Source: Octopus sinensis (taxonomy: Eukaryota). Taken from it: 31,276 nucleotides of DNA. Shown here piece by piece: positions 10,741 through 23,018 of this stretch (within the stretch, counting starts at the first letter, position 1; every line of letters starts with the position of its first letter). The notes beneath the pieces are model-generated. The model did not search any database, was not told the origin of the DNA, and saw nothing but the letters and a program-made list of their open reading frames with translations. Both the position numbers and the translations under genes were made by a program. Location: positions 1 through 31,276 of the forward strand of contig NW_021836400.1 of NCBI RefSeq assembly GCF_006345805.1. Direction: 5' to 3'.

Positions 10741-10970
10741 TTAGCCAATAAAAACACACGCACTATATATTTGGTGTTAATTTGCTTCAGCTTTATTTTT
10801 TTTTTTTTTACATTGATCATATTTCGGCCAGAGTTCTTTCGTCACACTTCTGTGACCTCATCAGTGATCTTTTGCTTTCTTCTTTCTTATTTGTGTGTCT
10901 TTCCTTACTAATGATCAGCCATTTTGTATTTTGCATTTTTGAATACAGTGCGTGTGTTTTTATTGGCTAA
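10741..10970. mobile_element. 230-bp fold-back element with perfect 24-bp inverted arms and internal hammerhead-like motif
   Basis: TTAGCCAATAAAAACACACGCACT (10741-10764) is the exact reverse complement of 10947-10970. Confidence 0.75.
10815..10869 (-). ncRNA. Hammerhead-ribozyme-like motif (type I, minimal helix III)
   Basis: Minus: GATCA-CTGATGA-GGTCACAGAAGTGTGAC-GAAA-GAACTCTGGCC-GAAA-TA-TGATC; 5-bp helix I GATCA/TGATC; 6-bp hairpin GTCACA/TGTGAC. Confidence 0.5.
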
Positions 10971-11067
10971 ACGTGCAACATGACCATCCCCAAACACAGC
11001 AATATCTGTTTCAACATCAAGAATCTTGCAAAACGAATATATAAACGTATATATATACACACCCATT

Positions 11068-11104
<37 letters not shown>

Positions 11105-11803
11105 TGGTCATTGTAATCGTAATTACCAACATCATCATGATTGTCCTCCTACCCTCCTCTTCCTCCTCCTCCTCCTTCTCCTTCTCATCGTCATCGTCGT
11201 CGTCGTCATCTGCTTATAATTATTTCCCTACTAACAATACAGACTTTACCGGCGCAAAGTAATGAGAACACCATACATATGAAAGAGAAAGTATTCACCG
11301 TGCTCATTAGTTCCAGGCCATTTTTTGTATACCTTGATTACTTAAGAGCTTCAAACCCGAGGAACAATCACCAATCAATTCTGTGAAACGGCGAGAGAGA
11401 AGTCCACCGTTGCCGCCATTGATTGTACTGGCTTTCTCGTCAGCGGACATCCACCGAAGAAATCGCATTAGGCAGACGTTTATCGCTTCAGGATTTGTGA
11501 CGTAATACTGTCATAACAACGACGGATTATTATTTTTTTTTTCTTTCCTTTCCTTGGAAAATGCCATGCTGTTGCCGAATGTTTTGAAATCACTGAGTGC
11601 AGATCGATACGACGTGTCAATTACTTTATCGATATTTCTGTGTGCGTGCTGTGCGCATGTGTGCTATGTGTGAGGGCGTGTTGGTGTGTTTGTGATGTGT
11701 ATTAATGATGAAAACTGAGTCAACAAAGACAACCAAATAAATAGATTAACTAGATGCATTCAAGCATATATATATACATACAGATATATATAATATATAT
11801 ATA

Positions 11804-11855
<52 letters not shown>

Positions 11856-12084
11856 TATATATATATTATACATTATACACACATATATATATCTATATAT
11901 ATATATATATATATATCATATCTATGTATGTATATATGTATGTATGTGAATTTGTAGGATCGGTACGTGTTGTATGTACGTGTGTATGTATATGTATATA
12001 TATGCATATATATAGATATGTGTGTGTTTGTTATGTATTTATGTAATTAATAAATAGTTCAAATCGATCGACAAGCAGACATGT

Positions 12085-12197
12085 ACTTACAATAGATAAA
12101 TAGATACGTAGAAAGAAAGAAAGAAAGATAGATCGATAGATAGATAGATTGATGGATGGATAGGTAGATTGATAGATAGATAGACAGACAGACAGAT

Positions 12198-12244
<47 letters not shown>

Positions 12245-12480
12245 CGATAGATATATAGATAAGATAGAGAGATGATAGATAATAGATAGATAGATAGATA
12301 GAGAGATGATAGATAGATAGATAGATAGATATATATCGATAGATAGTCGTAGAGATAGATAGATAGATAAATTGATAGATAACATCCTAGAATATAAGAT
12401 AGATAGATAGATGATAGATAGAGAGAGATAGATAGATAGATAGTAGAGATCGATAGATAGATAGATAGATATAGATAAGA
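12085..12480. repeat. (GATA)n microsatellite
   Basis: Directly visible. Confidence 0.95.
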
Positions 12481-12636
12481 CTAGATTAAACAGTTTGGCA
12501 GACTAGGAGAAGATTTATTACCATTTATCGAGATTTTCTTCCAGCAATTTTTCCCCGTCGGGAGACTTATGTGAAACTTCCGATGTAAATACAATTGTTT
12601 GTCTACGCATGAAAGAAATGTGTACGTAGACAATTC

Positions 12637-12793
12637 AGGTATGGGTATGTGGTTAAGAAACTCGCTTTGCGACCACGTGAATACGAGATCAGTCCCACAG
12701 CGTGGCACCTGTCACAAATGTCTTCTACTATCGCTCCTAACCGACCAATGTTTTCTGTGCGAATGTGGTAACGGAAGTTGCGAGAATTCGTCA
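12637..12793 (+). mobile_element. Diverged SINE A head/body
   Basis: GGGTATGTGGTTAAGAAACTCGC...ATCAGTCCCACAGCGTGGCACC...CCGACCAA...GGTAACGGAAG. Confidence 0.6.
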
Positions 12794-12840
12794 TATATTT
12801 ATATATATATAGCTAATATATATATATATATATATATATA

Positions 12841-12874
<34 letters not shown>

Positions 12875-12898
12875 TATATATATATATATATGTGTGTG

Positions 12899-13199
12899 TG
12901 GAGGCGCAATGGCCCAATGGTTAGGGCAGCGGACTGGCGGTTTCCATTCCCAGACCGGGCGTTGTGAGTGTTTATTGAGCGAAAATACCTAAAGCTCCAC
13001 GAGGCTCCGGCAGAGGGTGGTGGCGATCCCTGCTATACTCTTTCGCCACAACTTTCTCTCGCTCTTTCTTCTGTTGGCCTGCTCGCTTAGCCAGCGGGGT
13101 GGCGTCATTTGAAGGCTAAAAAAACAATGCGAAGCGCATTGTGACCAGCGATGTGTTGCAACATTTGATAGCCTGGTCGGTCACGGTGATCACGGTGAT
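12899..13199 (+). mobile_element. tRNA-derived SINE family C between (TA)n tracts
   Basis: tRNA-like head GGAGGCGCAATGGCCCAATGGTTAGGGCAGCGGACT...GGTTTCCATTCCC; ends in repeated TCACGGTGA. Confidence 0.7.
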
Positions 13200-13265
13200 A
13201 TATATATATTATATATATATATATATATATATTGATCAAAATAAAAACATGATGCGAAGGCTTCA

Positions 13266-13345
13266 GCGGTACATTGTTTTCGGGCCTTTATTAGACAGAT
13301 TTATAACAATGCATAATGTATGTCTGTGGCCTTCTTCATCGCCGC
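13266..13345 (-). ncRNA. Decayed hammerhead-like motif with long helix II
   Basis: Minus: GCGG-C[T]GATGA-AGAAGGCC ACAGA...TCTGT...AGGCCC-GAAA(A)C-AAT-GTA-CCGC; two indels needed in the core. Confidence 0.35.
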
Positions 13346-15183
13346 GCACAACAGCTTCCACAAGGACATGTGTTACATCAAAATTCTTGGTTAGGGATCA
13401 AATCCTCCCATTCGCGTACGACATAATGCGGCAGCAGCATAGAATTGAAGCGTCCATCTCTTTCTTCTCTCATGTAGGATGAGGAAAAATGGATGTTGAA
13501 GTAATGTAAATAAATAAATACATGTATATACGTGAAGATGGAGGGGCGAGAGTTCAGGACGAGGTATAAAAAATGTATAAAAAGTGTAAGTATAGAAAAA
13601 TATAGAAATGTAGAGCATAAAGATATAAAGAGATATAAGGAGATGTAAAGGGGTATAAAGATATAAAGAAATATAAAGAAATATAATAAATGTAAAGGCA
13701 TAAGGTTATAAAGTAAAAATAGAAATAGAAATAAAAATAAAAGTAAAAAACATGATAAAAATGTAACCAAATATAAAAAAATATAAAGATAAGGGATGTA
13801 TAGAGGTTAAGGACCAAGCATGGTGGTCAAGAGATTGATAAAATTTAGTTGTAGAATTGTCAGTAAATCAACAGTTTTCGTCTGGGGACCTAATGAGTTG
13901 TAAATCAGAGCTGTTGAGCGTTTATATCTGGTTCCTTGAATTATTTGGACTTCTAGTACATACATACCAACATGGATACGTACACCATATACACGCGTAC
14001 ATATACGCCTCCAAGCCTATAAGCATACACACGCACTCGCGTGTAAACATGCACATAAACACGCACACACCCACACGCACGTGCGTACACATACATACAA
14101 CAACAAGATATCCGCATGTATACACGGACACTATACGTGTACACACTCACATGTACACACGCGCGCCCATCCCTACATACACACACTGCATATGCCCGCT
14201 CGCTATGCCGCACTAGATCTATATTAAAGATATTAGAGATATATAAGGATGCGACTGTAAGGGTGCGACGCCGTTAGCTGCACGGTGGTGCGCACACGGC
14301 TCTGGTGTGTGTTAGTATGCGTGCACACACACACTCACACACACACACAACAGACATGTGGGTATAGCTATAAGATATCAACAATATGCATGTACCTATA
14401 TGCGCTCGCGTCTCTATGTATGTCGTATACAGCGTACACACGTCGCGTTCGTATAGTACAGGGGATCGTATATGGTAGTAAGTATAAACATACAAAGATT
14501 TAAGCGATTAAGATAGGAGGGTAATGAGGGTGGTAAAATTAGGTTAGAATAAATAAATAAGAAAAGACATCATATAAAATCATAGATACAAATGAAATAA
14601 TAAATTATAAAAATTATAAGGTAAGGGAAGGTGAGAATGGAGTAAGTGAAAGAGAATAAATGGAGAGAAATAGAGAGTAAAAGTATAAAATAAATAAAAT
14701 AAGATAAAAATATTATTTAACATGGAGAAGGTGTTGGAAGTTAGAGTGTGTGTGTAAAAGTGCCCACGTAGGGGCGGGCGGGGGGAACTGAAAATTGGAA
14801 GGGTGGAAATGGAGTTTGGCGGTGTGCGATCAACATCCAGTAGAAATGTGAAAGGGTATAGATATAGGGAAGTAAAGAGACTATATAGGAGGATATGGGT
14901 GTAGAGAAGAAATATTTAGGAAAAGAAGTCATGTATGGTAGACAAAATTGTATATATAGGAGAAAATGCAGGGAAACATATATGCACATACACACACCCA
15001 CACACACACGCACACACGCACTATATATATATATATATATGTACATACACGTACACATATGTGCACATACATATACACACACACATACGCATATACATAC
15101 ACGCACATATAGGAAGCGGGATGTGCTGGAGCCGACAGGTTGCACCGATGGGAGGAAGTTGCATGGGGGAGTTGGTATAAAAC

Positions 15184-17360
15184 CTAAGCTTTGTAGTATT
15201 TGAAAGTATTAGTAAGTTTGTGTATACAGGATGGTTTGAACTCTGACCTTCTGTTAATAAGATTGTGTTTGTCTTGAATTTCAAGATGTTCAGGAGTTCT
15301 CTACAAACATAGTTGGCATCCTGCTCTATTATTTAAATAAGGTGCAGCTGATCCGATGATGACCATCTGAGTTTGAAGCCTATACATTGTCTTTTTAATT
15401 CCCAAATTCTTTTAGAAGGGGAGGTGCTGTTAGCCTTATGTCTGTGTCTCACACAGCGAGGACCGGTGGTTGTAGTATCTGGATTTCCAGGGGTTGAGCA
15501 ACCAATATAGGTGAGTGGTTAAACGGAGTACTCACCTCACATGAATATATTACGTTTTTTCGCCCTACATGCGCCCTGCAGCGGGCACTCTTATGCACAT
15601 CTGCAGTTGCATTGCATTGCATTATTCGGTCGTGTGCTGCTAATCCCAGGCGGAGGTGTTGCAATACGAGTGGGGGCGTTGGTATCCTCCTGGTTGTTGA
15701 TGGGTGTAGTATTTCCTCTGTTTGTGTTGGCGGGTGTTTTATTACTAACTGTTTGGGTATTATGGCTGCCAGCTGGTTATATTGTCTACTGTCTAGATGA
15801 GGGGGTTTCTGTTGGTCGCTATGGTTTGCTCTTGATCTAGCTGTTCTAATATTAATATAGTTATGTTTAGCTATGAGGCAGCTCATGTTTGGCAGGGTTA
15901 GAGTAGGAAATCCTAATGGTTTTGTTGGAGAAGATACTTCTATACTTGTGGGTGGGTGGGAATTTGTTGGAAATGATAGAGAATATTCTCTTACATAACT
16001 TACCCCTAACTGCTAAGTTGTAAGGTAAGTTGAACCATATATATTTGCGTAATCTATTATCCCTTCTATTTCTCCTAATAGGATCTATATTGCTCTCGTC
16101 GGGATGGTTACTATTGTGGCTATTCTATTAGTTTCGCCTATTTCCTATACGTTGTTGGAGTTTAAATTAGAATTATCGCTAGTGTGAGTTGAGTGCTGAG
16201 TTCGATTATAATTGGGAGTTTTATGGCAGACGGACGCTCCCGGGTGTTCTACATATGATATTCTCTGGTTATACCGGCACTATAGAGAGCCTGGTTGTAG
16301 TGTTGTGCGTGATTATTGAAAATTTCTCTATTAGAGGATAGTTTTGTCAGTCTTATCTAGATGGCTTGGACCGTGGTGCTAATTATACAGGGTGGATGGT
16401 TGGAAGAGGTATGGATGTAATTGGGTAGTTTCTTCGGGTTTCCTATACGGGTGGTGAGGTGCTTATCAAGTCTAACGTACATCTAAGAAGTTTACTATTT
16501 TAGTGTGGTCATAAATTCTAGTTTAAGATTGAAGATTTGAAAAAAAGCCTGATCTTTTCCTAATTCTTTCTAGTTTACTCCTATTGTTGGTGGGGTATAT
16601 GAAGAGAGCGTCGTCTCTGTATAGACCCCCCTGAAGAACCGGTCACGGTACTCGGAGAAAAGCTTCTGAGCAGGTAGCCCCGACCAAGTCAGTCACCTGA
16701 GCTGAATCGCTCGAGCCCATAGCCACAACAAAATTGTCGGGGGGTATCGATCTGGTCCAGAGTCTACCGTCGAATTCTATTTATGGTTTTTTCTAGCTAA
16801 TAGTATTATGTCAATTTTTTTTCTCTCTGTCATGAGTGAAAGGTTGCGGGCAAATATAGGGATTTGTTAAGTAAGATGGGGGATATACTGGCGTAGTAGC
16901 TAGCTATGTCGAATTGGATGAATGAGTAGTCGGGCCCTATTGGTGATTAGTTGTTAACCATTCTAGCACATCGTCGGTGTTAATCCATAGTTGGAGTGGG
17001 ATTGGGGTTTGATGTGTGGATCACCTTGTCCAGGATAGTCTTGCTAAAGTCTGCCGATATCCGATTTAGTCGGACAGATTATATCTTACTCCTACATTAT
17101 CTGGGAAGTCTTTCTTATGGTCTTTAATAGTAATTTTGGGTACTTGTGGTTTAATGGTTCTGTTCTGTCTAGGAGGTCTAATTTGCTCATAACTTCCTTG
17201 ATTTTGAAGTTAATTTCTTAAGGTTATCCGTAGAAGTATTTTATATTTTTTTTGCTAAGTTCCCTCATGATGACGATTTGTAGGTTTGGTAGTCTAGCCT
17301 ATACCAGTTCACAGTCTTGTCGGCGGGTATGATAAGACATCATCGTTCCTAAGTGAATGC
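15184..17360 (-). pseudogene. PLE reverse transcriptase-endonuclease ORF with many frameshifts and stops
   Basis: Minus-strand motifs in order: IIPADKT (17330), TIKDHK (17131), WINTDDVLEW, FIQFDIASYYASIS (16922), VAMGSSDSAQVTDLVG (16726), GGLYRDD (16630), IVNFLDV, PYRKP, YIHTSSNHPP, CNCx5CPLQGAC (15611), NVIYSC, TYIG, RHRHKANST, IWELK, CQLCL (15318), NLINRRSE (15264). Confidence 0.92.
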
Positions 17361-17363
17361 AGG

Positions 17364-17415
<52 letters not shown>

Positions 17416-17680
17416 ACATATATACACACATCATAAATATATATATATATATTACTAGTTTCAGTCATTAGACTGTGGCCAAGCAGAATTAACTAAACGT
17501 GACGTTTTCCTTCCTCTGGAACTAGAGAGGTTACACGCCTCCGGCCATTTGAAACTGACCAGTCGCCTATGCAGCTATGCACTTTATAGGTGCGAAATCA
17601 ACGATCATTTTCTGACCGGCCATAACAAACAATTTCTAAACATATACATACATACTTACATATACACATACATACATACA

Positions 17681-17714
<34 letters not shown>

Positions 17715-17792
17715 CATACATACATACATACATACATGCATTTATATATGTGTGTGTGAGTGTGTGTGTGTCTGTCTCTCTGTGTGTGCAGC

Positions 17793-17973
17793 AGCGGCTG
17801 TGTTGTAAGTAGCTTGTTTACCAACCACATGGTTCTGGGTTCAGTCCCACTGCGTGGCACTTTGTGCAAATGTCTTCATTATAGCCTCGGGCCGACCAAA
17901 ACCTTGTGAGTGGATTTGGGTAGACGAAACTGAAAGAAGCACGCGTATATATGTTATATCTATTATATATATA

Positions 17974-18019
<46 letters not shown>

Positions 18020-18024
18020 CATGG

Positions 18025-18066
<42 letters not shown>

Positions 18067-18067
18067 C

Positions 18068-18102
<35 letters not shown>

Positions 18103-18281
18103 TAGCTGGTGTGTTTATGTCCCTGTCACTTAGCGGTTCGGCAAGAGAGTCCGATATAATAAGTGATTGGCTTACAAAGAATAAGTCCTGGGGTCGATTT
18201 GCTTGACTAAAGGCCTGTGCTCCAGCATGGCCACAGTGATATGACTAAAACAAATAAAAGAATAAAAGAATAAAAGAATAT
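17793..18281 (+). mobile_element. Full-length SINE A with expanded internal (TA)n
   Basis: Head 17793-17945, microsatellite, tail 18105-18281 ending in (AAAAGAAT)n. Confidence 0.8.
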
Positions 18282-18550
18282 ATATGTATACATGTATAAA
18301 TATGTATGTGTATATGTGTGTGTTTGTGCGTGTATGGGATTGTTTGCTTGTGGATTCGAGTTAATGCATGTATGTGTGAGTGTATGTTTGTGTGTGTGTG
18401 TGTGTGCGTGTGTGCGTGTGTGTGTGTGTATATGATTTTGGTATTTCTGTATACCTGTGCGCGTGATTGACAATGATTTGCATGTGAATGCGTGTAAAAT
18501 CATTTACGTGTGAGGGAATGCGTGTCTATATATATATATATATATATATA

Positions 18551-18586
<36 letters not shown>

Positions 18587-19054
18587 ACGCATGCGTGTGC
18601 GCGTAAGCATTACAGCTGAGAATTACGTTCAATTATTTTTTATTTTCAAGTGTGAAGTTGCTGAGGGAAGAAGTGAGCAGATAAACTGCTGCAATAATTA
18701 GGAGCAGCCGTACTAAACGAAACAAAACCGCGATCTCTCATGCATGTGTCACAGCTGCAACCGGAGCTGCATCTTAAGCAACAACAGCAACTACTACTGC
18801 AGTAGCAACAACAGCAGTGCAGAAATTACCTGTTAAACACCAATCGTTAACCGTATTTCTTAGAGTTCACGTGTGTTACAAATGCATTTTACATGTTAAA
18901 CCTCCATTTACCTAGTTCACGCTTGGTTACGTATATGTCACGTGTTCAGATATTTGCTGTTTCCATGTTACGCATGTGAATTGCTTGTGTTTACATAAGT
19001 TGCGCTTGCATTGTTATGGTGTGCCGACGAGTTTACAACATGTTTTATCTGTTA

Positions 19055-19343
19055 TCCTTTATCATTTCTACTTGTTAAAGCCATTATACTGCGGCCATGC
19101 TGGGACAACGCCTTGAACTTTTTTAGTCGAAGGAATCGACCAACGGTGCGATTTTTACTTATCTCTCTATCTCTCTCTTTCTCTCTCTCTTTATCTATTT
19201 ATCCATCATCTATCTATCTATCTATCCATCTATCTATCTATCTATTTATCTATCTATCTATCTGTCTGTTTGTCTGTCTGTCTGTCTATCCATCCATCCA
19301 TCCATTAATCCATCCATCCATCCATCCATCCATCCATCCATCC

Positions 19344-19421
<78 letters not shown>

Positions 19422-19550
19422 TTATCTATCTATCTACCTATCTATTTATGTGTTTATATGATGGATTTCTTTCAGTTTCCGTCTACCAAATCCGATGACA
19501 AGGTTTTGATCGGCCCTAGGCTATAGTAGAAGACACTTGCCCAAGGTGCC
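19055..19550 (-). mobile_element. Fragmented SINE A (tail 19055-19155, body 19460-19550) around a (TCTA)n/(TCCA)n tract
   Basis: GCGGCCATGCTGG...TTTAGTCGA and TTTCTTCAGTTTCCGTCTACCAAATCC...CTATAGTAGAAGACACTTGCCCAAGGTGCC. Confidence 0.65.
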
Positions 19551-20240
19551 CTCTTCCTCCTTCTCCCCTCTTTCACCACCATCTACCATCATCATCACCA
19601 CCACCACCACCACCACCACCACCACCGCCACCACAATCATCATCATCATCATCATCATCATCATTGTTGTTGTTGTTGCTGCTATTGTTATTGTTATTAC
19701 TACTACTGATACCAGTGATATCGCTGCTTATGTCTATCACTTCGTGACTAATTAATATTTAACCCTATCCGTCCAACTTTCCTTGACAGCGTTTCCGAAA
19801 AACGCAGGCGTTAACCTCTAATTTATCGACCTTACTGCATAAGAGCAGAGCTAATTGCCCTAATAAGTACATTCTTATACTCAAAACACATCATGGGTCA
19901 CAGAACAAGGCAGAAATTCTCCAGCATCTTAAGATTTTTATCAGCAGGTGTTTCATATTTCTGAGGTTGCTTGAGAATGAACTGTCTTGCCTTCGGCAGT
20001 ATCATTGATATTTCCTTTCTTTCATCCGGCTTTTGGTACTTATGTATTCATTTCATATTCTTTACTCAATACGTTATCTTTAATTACTCCTGCCACTCCA
20101 CAGATACTTCTACAACGATATCCTCTTTTCCCACTTTTCTACTTAACTTATTCGAAGATATTCCTTTTTTTTCTTTCTTACTTTTTCCTGGTATTTTTAC
20201 GACTCTACCTAGGCAGTCAGCTATGATATATATATATATA

Positions 20241-20315
<75 letters not shown>

Positions 20316-20674
20316 TGTATATATTATATATATACATATATATTAGATATGTAATATCATACATATATATATATATATTATATGTGTATTTGTGTGTGTG
20401 TGTATATATATATAAATACATATGTATGTGTGCATATATATGTATATATATATGTATATATTTATATATATATATACAAATATGTATATATATATGTATA
20501 CGTGTATCGACTTGTGTATACATATATATGTACATATATATATATATGTATACATATATATACACACACGCAAACACACATACACACACATACACATATA
20601 CGCATATTTATATGTGTGTATGTATATATATATACATGCATACATTCATGCATACATACATACATACATGCATA

Positions 20675-20728
20675 TATGACGAGCTACTTTCAGTTTCCGT
20701 CGACCAAATCCATTGACAAGGCTTTGTG
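20675..20728 (-). mobile_element. SINE A body fragment
   Basis: ATGACGAGCTACTTTCAGTTTCCGTCGACCAAATCCATTGACAAGGCTTTG. Confidence 0.65.
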
Positions 20729-20761
20729 TTAAATATATTGAATAATGAATTATAGTCTTAA

Positions 20762-20844
20762 TTCACCTGAAGAAAACCGTTCTTTTACATGACATAATTG
20801 CTTTGTTCATCAATAAATAATGAGTCTGAAACAGATGTTGTGAA
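20762..20844 (+). ncRNA. Hammerhead-like motif, long degenerate helix II
   Basis: TTCAC-CTGAAGA-(54 nt)-GAAAC-AGAT-GTT-GTGAA: perfect 5-bp helix I, intact core, GUU site; helix II base poorly paired. Confidence 0.45.
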
Positions 20845-21905
20845 GCTCAACCCATCTGTGTTATTGTTTATATTATCGTTTAAATTGTTTAGTTTATTCT
20901 TAAACAAGAATAGTATTAGCAGTAACTACAAAGTTCCGATCACTAAGTCATCGTCAACTGCAATGTATTGAATTTAATCATAGCTTTATATAGTCTATGT
21001 TAAGTTAAAATCCTCCTTGGGTATGTAGAGTTGATTGTTGTGGTAATTTGGTTGTAAGGCTGGTTGTGATAAAAAGGTGTTTTGGAGAAATCAAATTGCT
21101 TATAGAAAAATGAAACCCTAGAGAAAAAAACAGAGATCAACAACCTTTACACCTGTATACATTCGCTTGTGAAGATCAAAGCACAAGATAAACACACATT
21201 TCTATACAAACACCATGACACGCCCGACTAATAACCCCTACCTTCCAAATAAAAACAGATAATATTCTAAATAACAACAAAAACAATTAAAGAACTGACC
21301 AGCTAAAACACACCACCTATATACATTCTTTTGTGAACCCTTAAACAATACCATTACAAAGAAGTTGACAATGCCAGTTACTAAGCTTTTGAATACTGGA
21401 CTAAACTTAGAGTCGTTCACCTTTACATTGTCAAAGCAAAGGATTAAATCCAACAAAACCAAAAATAACTACTGTACACCCTCTATCTACCTACATCTTT
21501 GTTGTGGCCCACTAAAATCAAGCCCATGACCTGAAGGGGGAACACCTAAATATACACACCTGCTTAGAATGTTTTACATGCATGAATAAATTCTAAATAA
21601 AATAACAGAGGGGGAACTAAAACAACAAATGGAACTGGAGTGAGTCGTAGTCAGAGATACTAAATGCAAGCAAAGAGTATTGAGACGTTTTAGTTTAAAG
21701 TCACTGTGCAAATTTTTATCGTAAATAATATTTACTTTAACAATTTCATACACATACAAGAACACACACATACACACACACTCTTACACAATCACACACA
21801 TATGTTCGCGCACACAAGACGTCTTGGTGTGGATCAGAGAACAAACTGCAAGGTTGAAGTCATAAACAAGATTATTGCCTCTTGTTAGATTCATCAGTCT
21901 AGCTG

Positions 21906-21952
21906 CTTCTGGCTGATGAGACACAATATGCCGAAACAACCGTGTCGCAGAA
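21906..21952 (+). ncRNA. Minimal type I hammerhead motif (slightly decayed)
   Basis: TTCTGG-CTGATGA-GACACAATATGCC-GAAAC-AACCGT-GTC-GCAGAA; GUC site at 21944-21946; one mismatch each in helices I and II. Confidence 0.65.
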
Positions 21953-22069
21953 TCTCTTGTATTAATGAATCGAATGTGATATGAGAACATATTCGTCGCA
22001 AAGGAGAGACTGTTATCCTGCGACGAAAACAACAGCGATTAATATATTTACATTTGAATATGACGGAAA

Positions 22070-22228
22070 ATGTGGGTGTGAGGTGAGAAGCTTGCTTCCC
22101 AATAACATGGTTTCCGGTTCAGTCCCACTGCGTAGCCTCTTCGGCAAATGCTTTCTACTATCGGCTCGGGTCGACCAAAGCCTTGTGAGTAGATTTGGGA
22201 GGGGGAAATTGAAAGAAGCCCGTCGTAT
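22070..22228 (+). mobile_element. SINE A head/body ending at the microsatellite seed
   Basis: GGTTCAGTCCCACTGCG...CGACCAAAGCCTTGTGAGT...GAAAGAAGCCCGTCG. Confidence 0.75.
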
Positions 22229-22292
22229 AGAAATATATATATTATATATATATAGATAGATGAGAAAGTTGGTTTGTGAAAGCACGCGTTGA

Positions 22293-22548
22293 ATATACAG
22301 AAATAGTAAAAAAGTGAAAAAACTAACAGAAGGCTTGTTTTAAAAGGTTTAATATATCTACTTCTTCTCAACCATAACAACGACGTAAGAATTTGAAAAG
22401 CTAACGCGAAACCGGTCATTTCTTTCTAAACTATGTCATTGTAAGAAAAAATTTATAACATTCTTCAGACACATTGACTCAAATATATATTTTTTAACCT
22501 TTTAAAACAGCCTTCTGTAGTTTTTTCACTTTTTACTATTTTCTATAT
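22293..22548. mobile_element. ~255-bp fold-back element with ~60-bp imperfect inverted arms near (TA)n
   Basis: 22293-22357 pairs with 22484-22548 (AATAGTAAAAA(A)GTGAAAAAACTA(A)CAGAAGGC(T)TGTTTTAAAAGGTT); internal GAAAC-CG-GTC at 22408-22417. Confidence 0.75.
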
Positions 22549-22557
22549 TTAAATTTG

Positions 22558-22644
<87 letters not shown>

Positions 22645-22648
22645 AAGT

Positions 22649-22706
22649 AATAGACTATAATGTAATTCGAATTTAAATTATAGTCATGAAACGTACGTAG
22701 TCTATT
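22649..22706 (+). ncRNA. Hammerhead scaffold lacking the CUGANGA strand
   Basis: AATAGAC/GTCTATT (helix I), GACTATAAT/ATTATAGTC (helix II), GAAAC-GTAC-GTA with palindromic helix III; helices I and II overlap at GAC. Confidence 0.5.
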
Positions 22707-22915
22707 TACTTATTATATATTGTTTATTCATTTTTGTACTTTTGTGATCTAGTTATATATTTTATTTTTTATTTATGATTTGGTTTATGTCTATCATTGT
22801 TTGACTTGCATAATAGCGGTTTTTCTCTAATATATATATATATATTATATTTATATTGTGAAATTTGATTTAATACTAAATTGAATTTTTCCTTGTAAGT
22901 TTGAAGTTATACTGC

Positions 22916-22978
<63 letters not shown>

Positions 22979-23018
22979 TATTATCATTATTATTATTACT
23001 ATTATTATATATATGTTA

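Larger units (their letters stand above)
13232..17365 (-). mobile_element. Degenerate 5'-truncated Penelope-like retroelement (RT + C-terminal GIY-YIG) between (TA)n tracts; extent of 3' region inferred
   Basis: Coding relic at 15184-17360. The G-poor minus-strand bias continues through 13500-14960, and a hammerhead-like motif lies at 13266-13345 next to the (TA)n at ~13200-13231. The other end abuts (TA)n at ~17366. Confidence 0.7.
20750..21990. mobile_element. Old PLE relic, probably with internal inversion, bounded by two plus-strand hammerhead-like motifs
   Basis: Strand-asymmetry switch at ~21100; weak minus-strand RT-like words (TPFYHNQPYNQI, AVDDDLVI) at 20940-21100; weak plus-strand endonuclease-region words (IVKAKD, SIYLHLCCG) at 21420-21520; hammerhead motifs at both ends. 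Confidence 0.4.

Noticed and set aside
11307-11507. 66-codon minus-strand open frame with possible AG/GT sites
   Set aside because: No recognisable homology; length compatible with chance. The CTGACGA-GAAA within it lacks helix II, so it is not a hammerhead.
19890-20225. Lys/Glu-rich minus-strand reading interrupted by stops
   Set aside because: Explained by purine-rich composition; no motif recognised.
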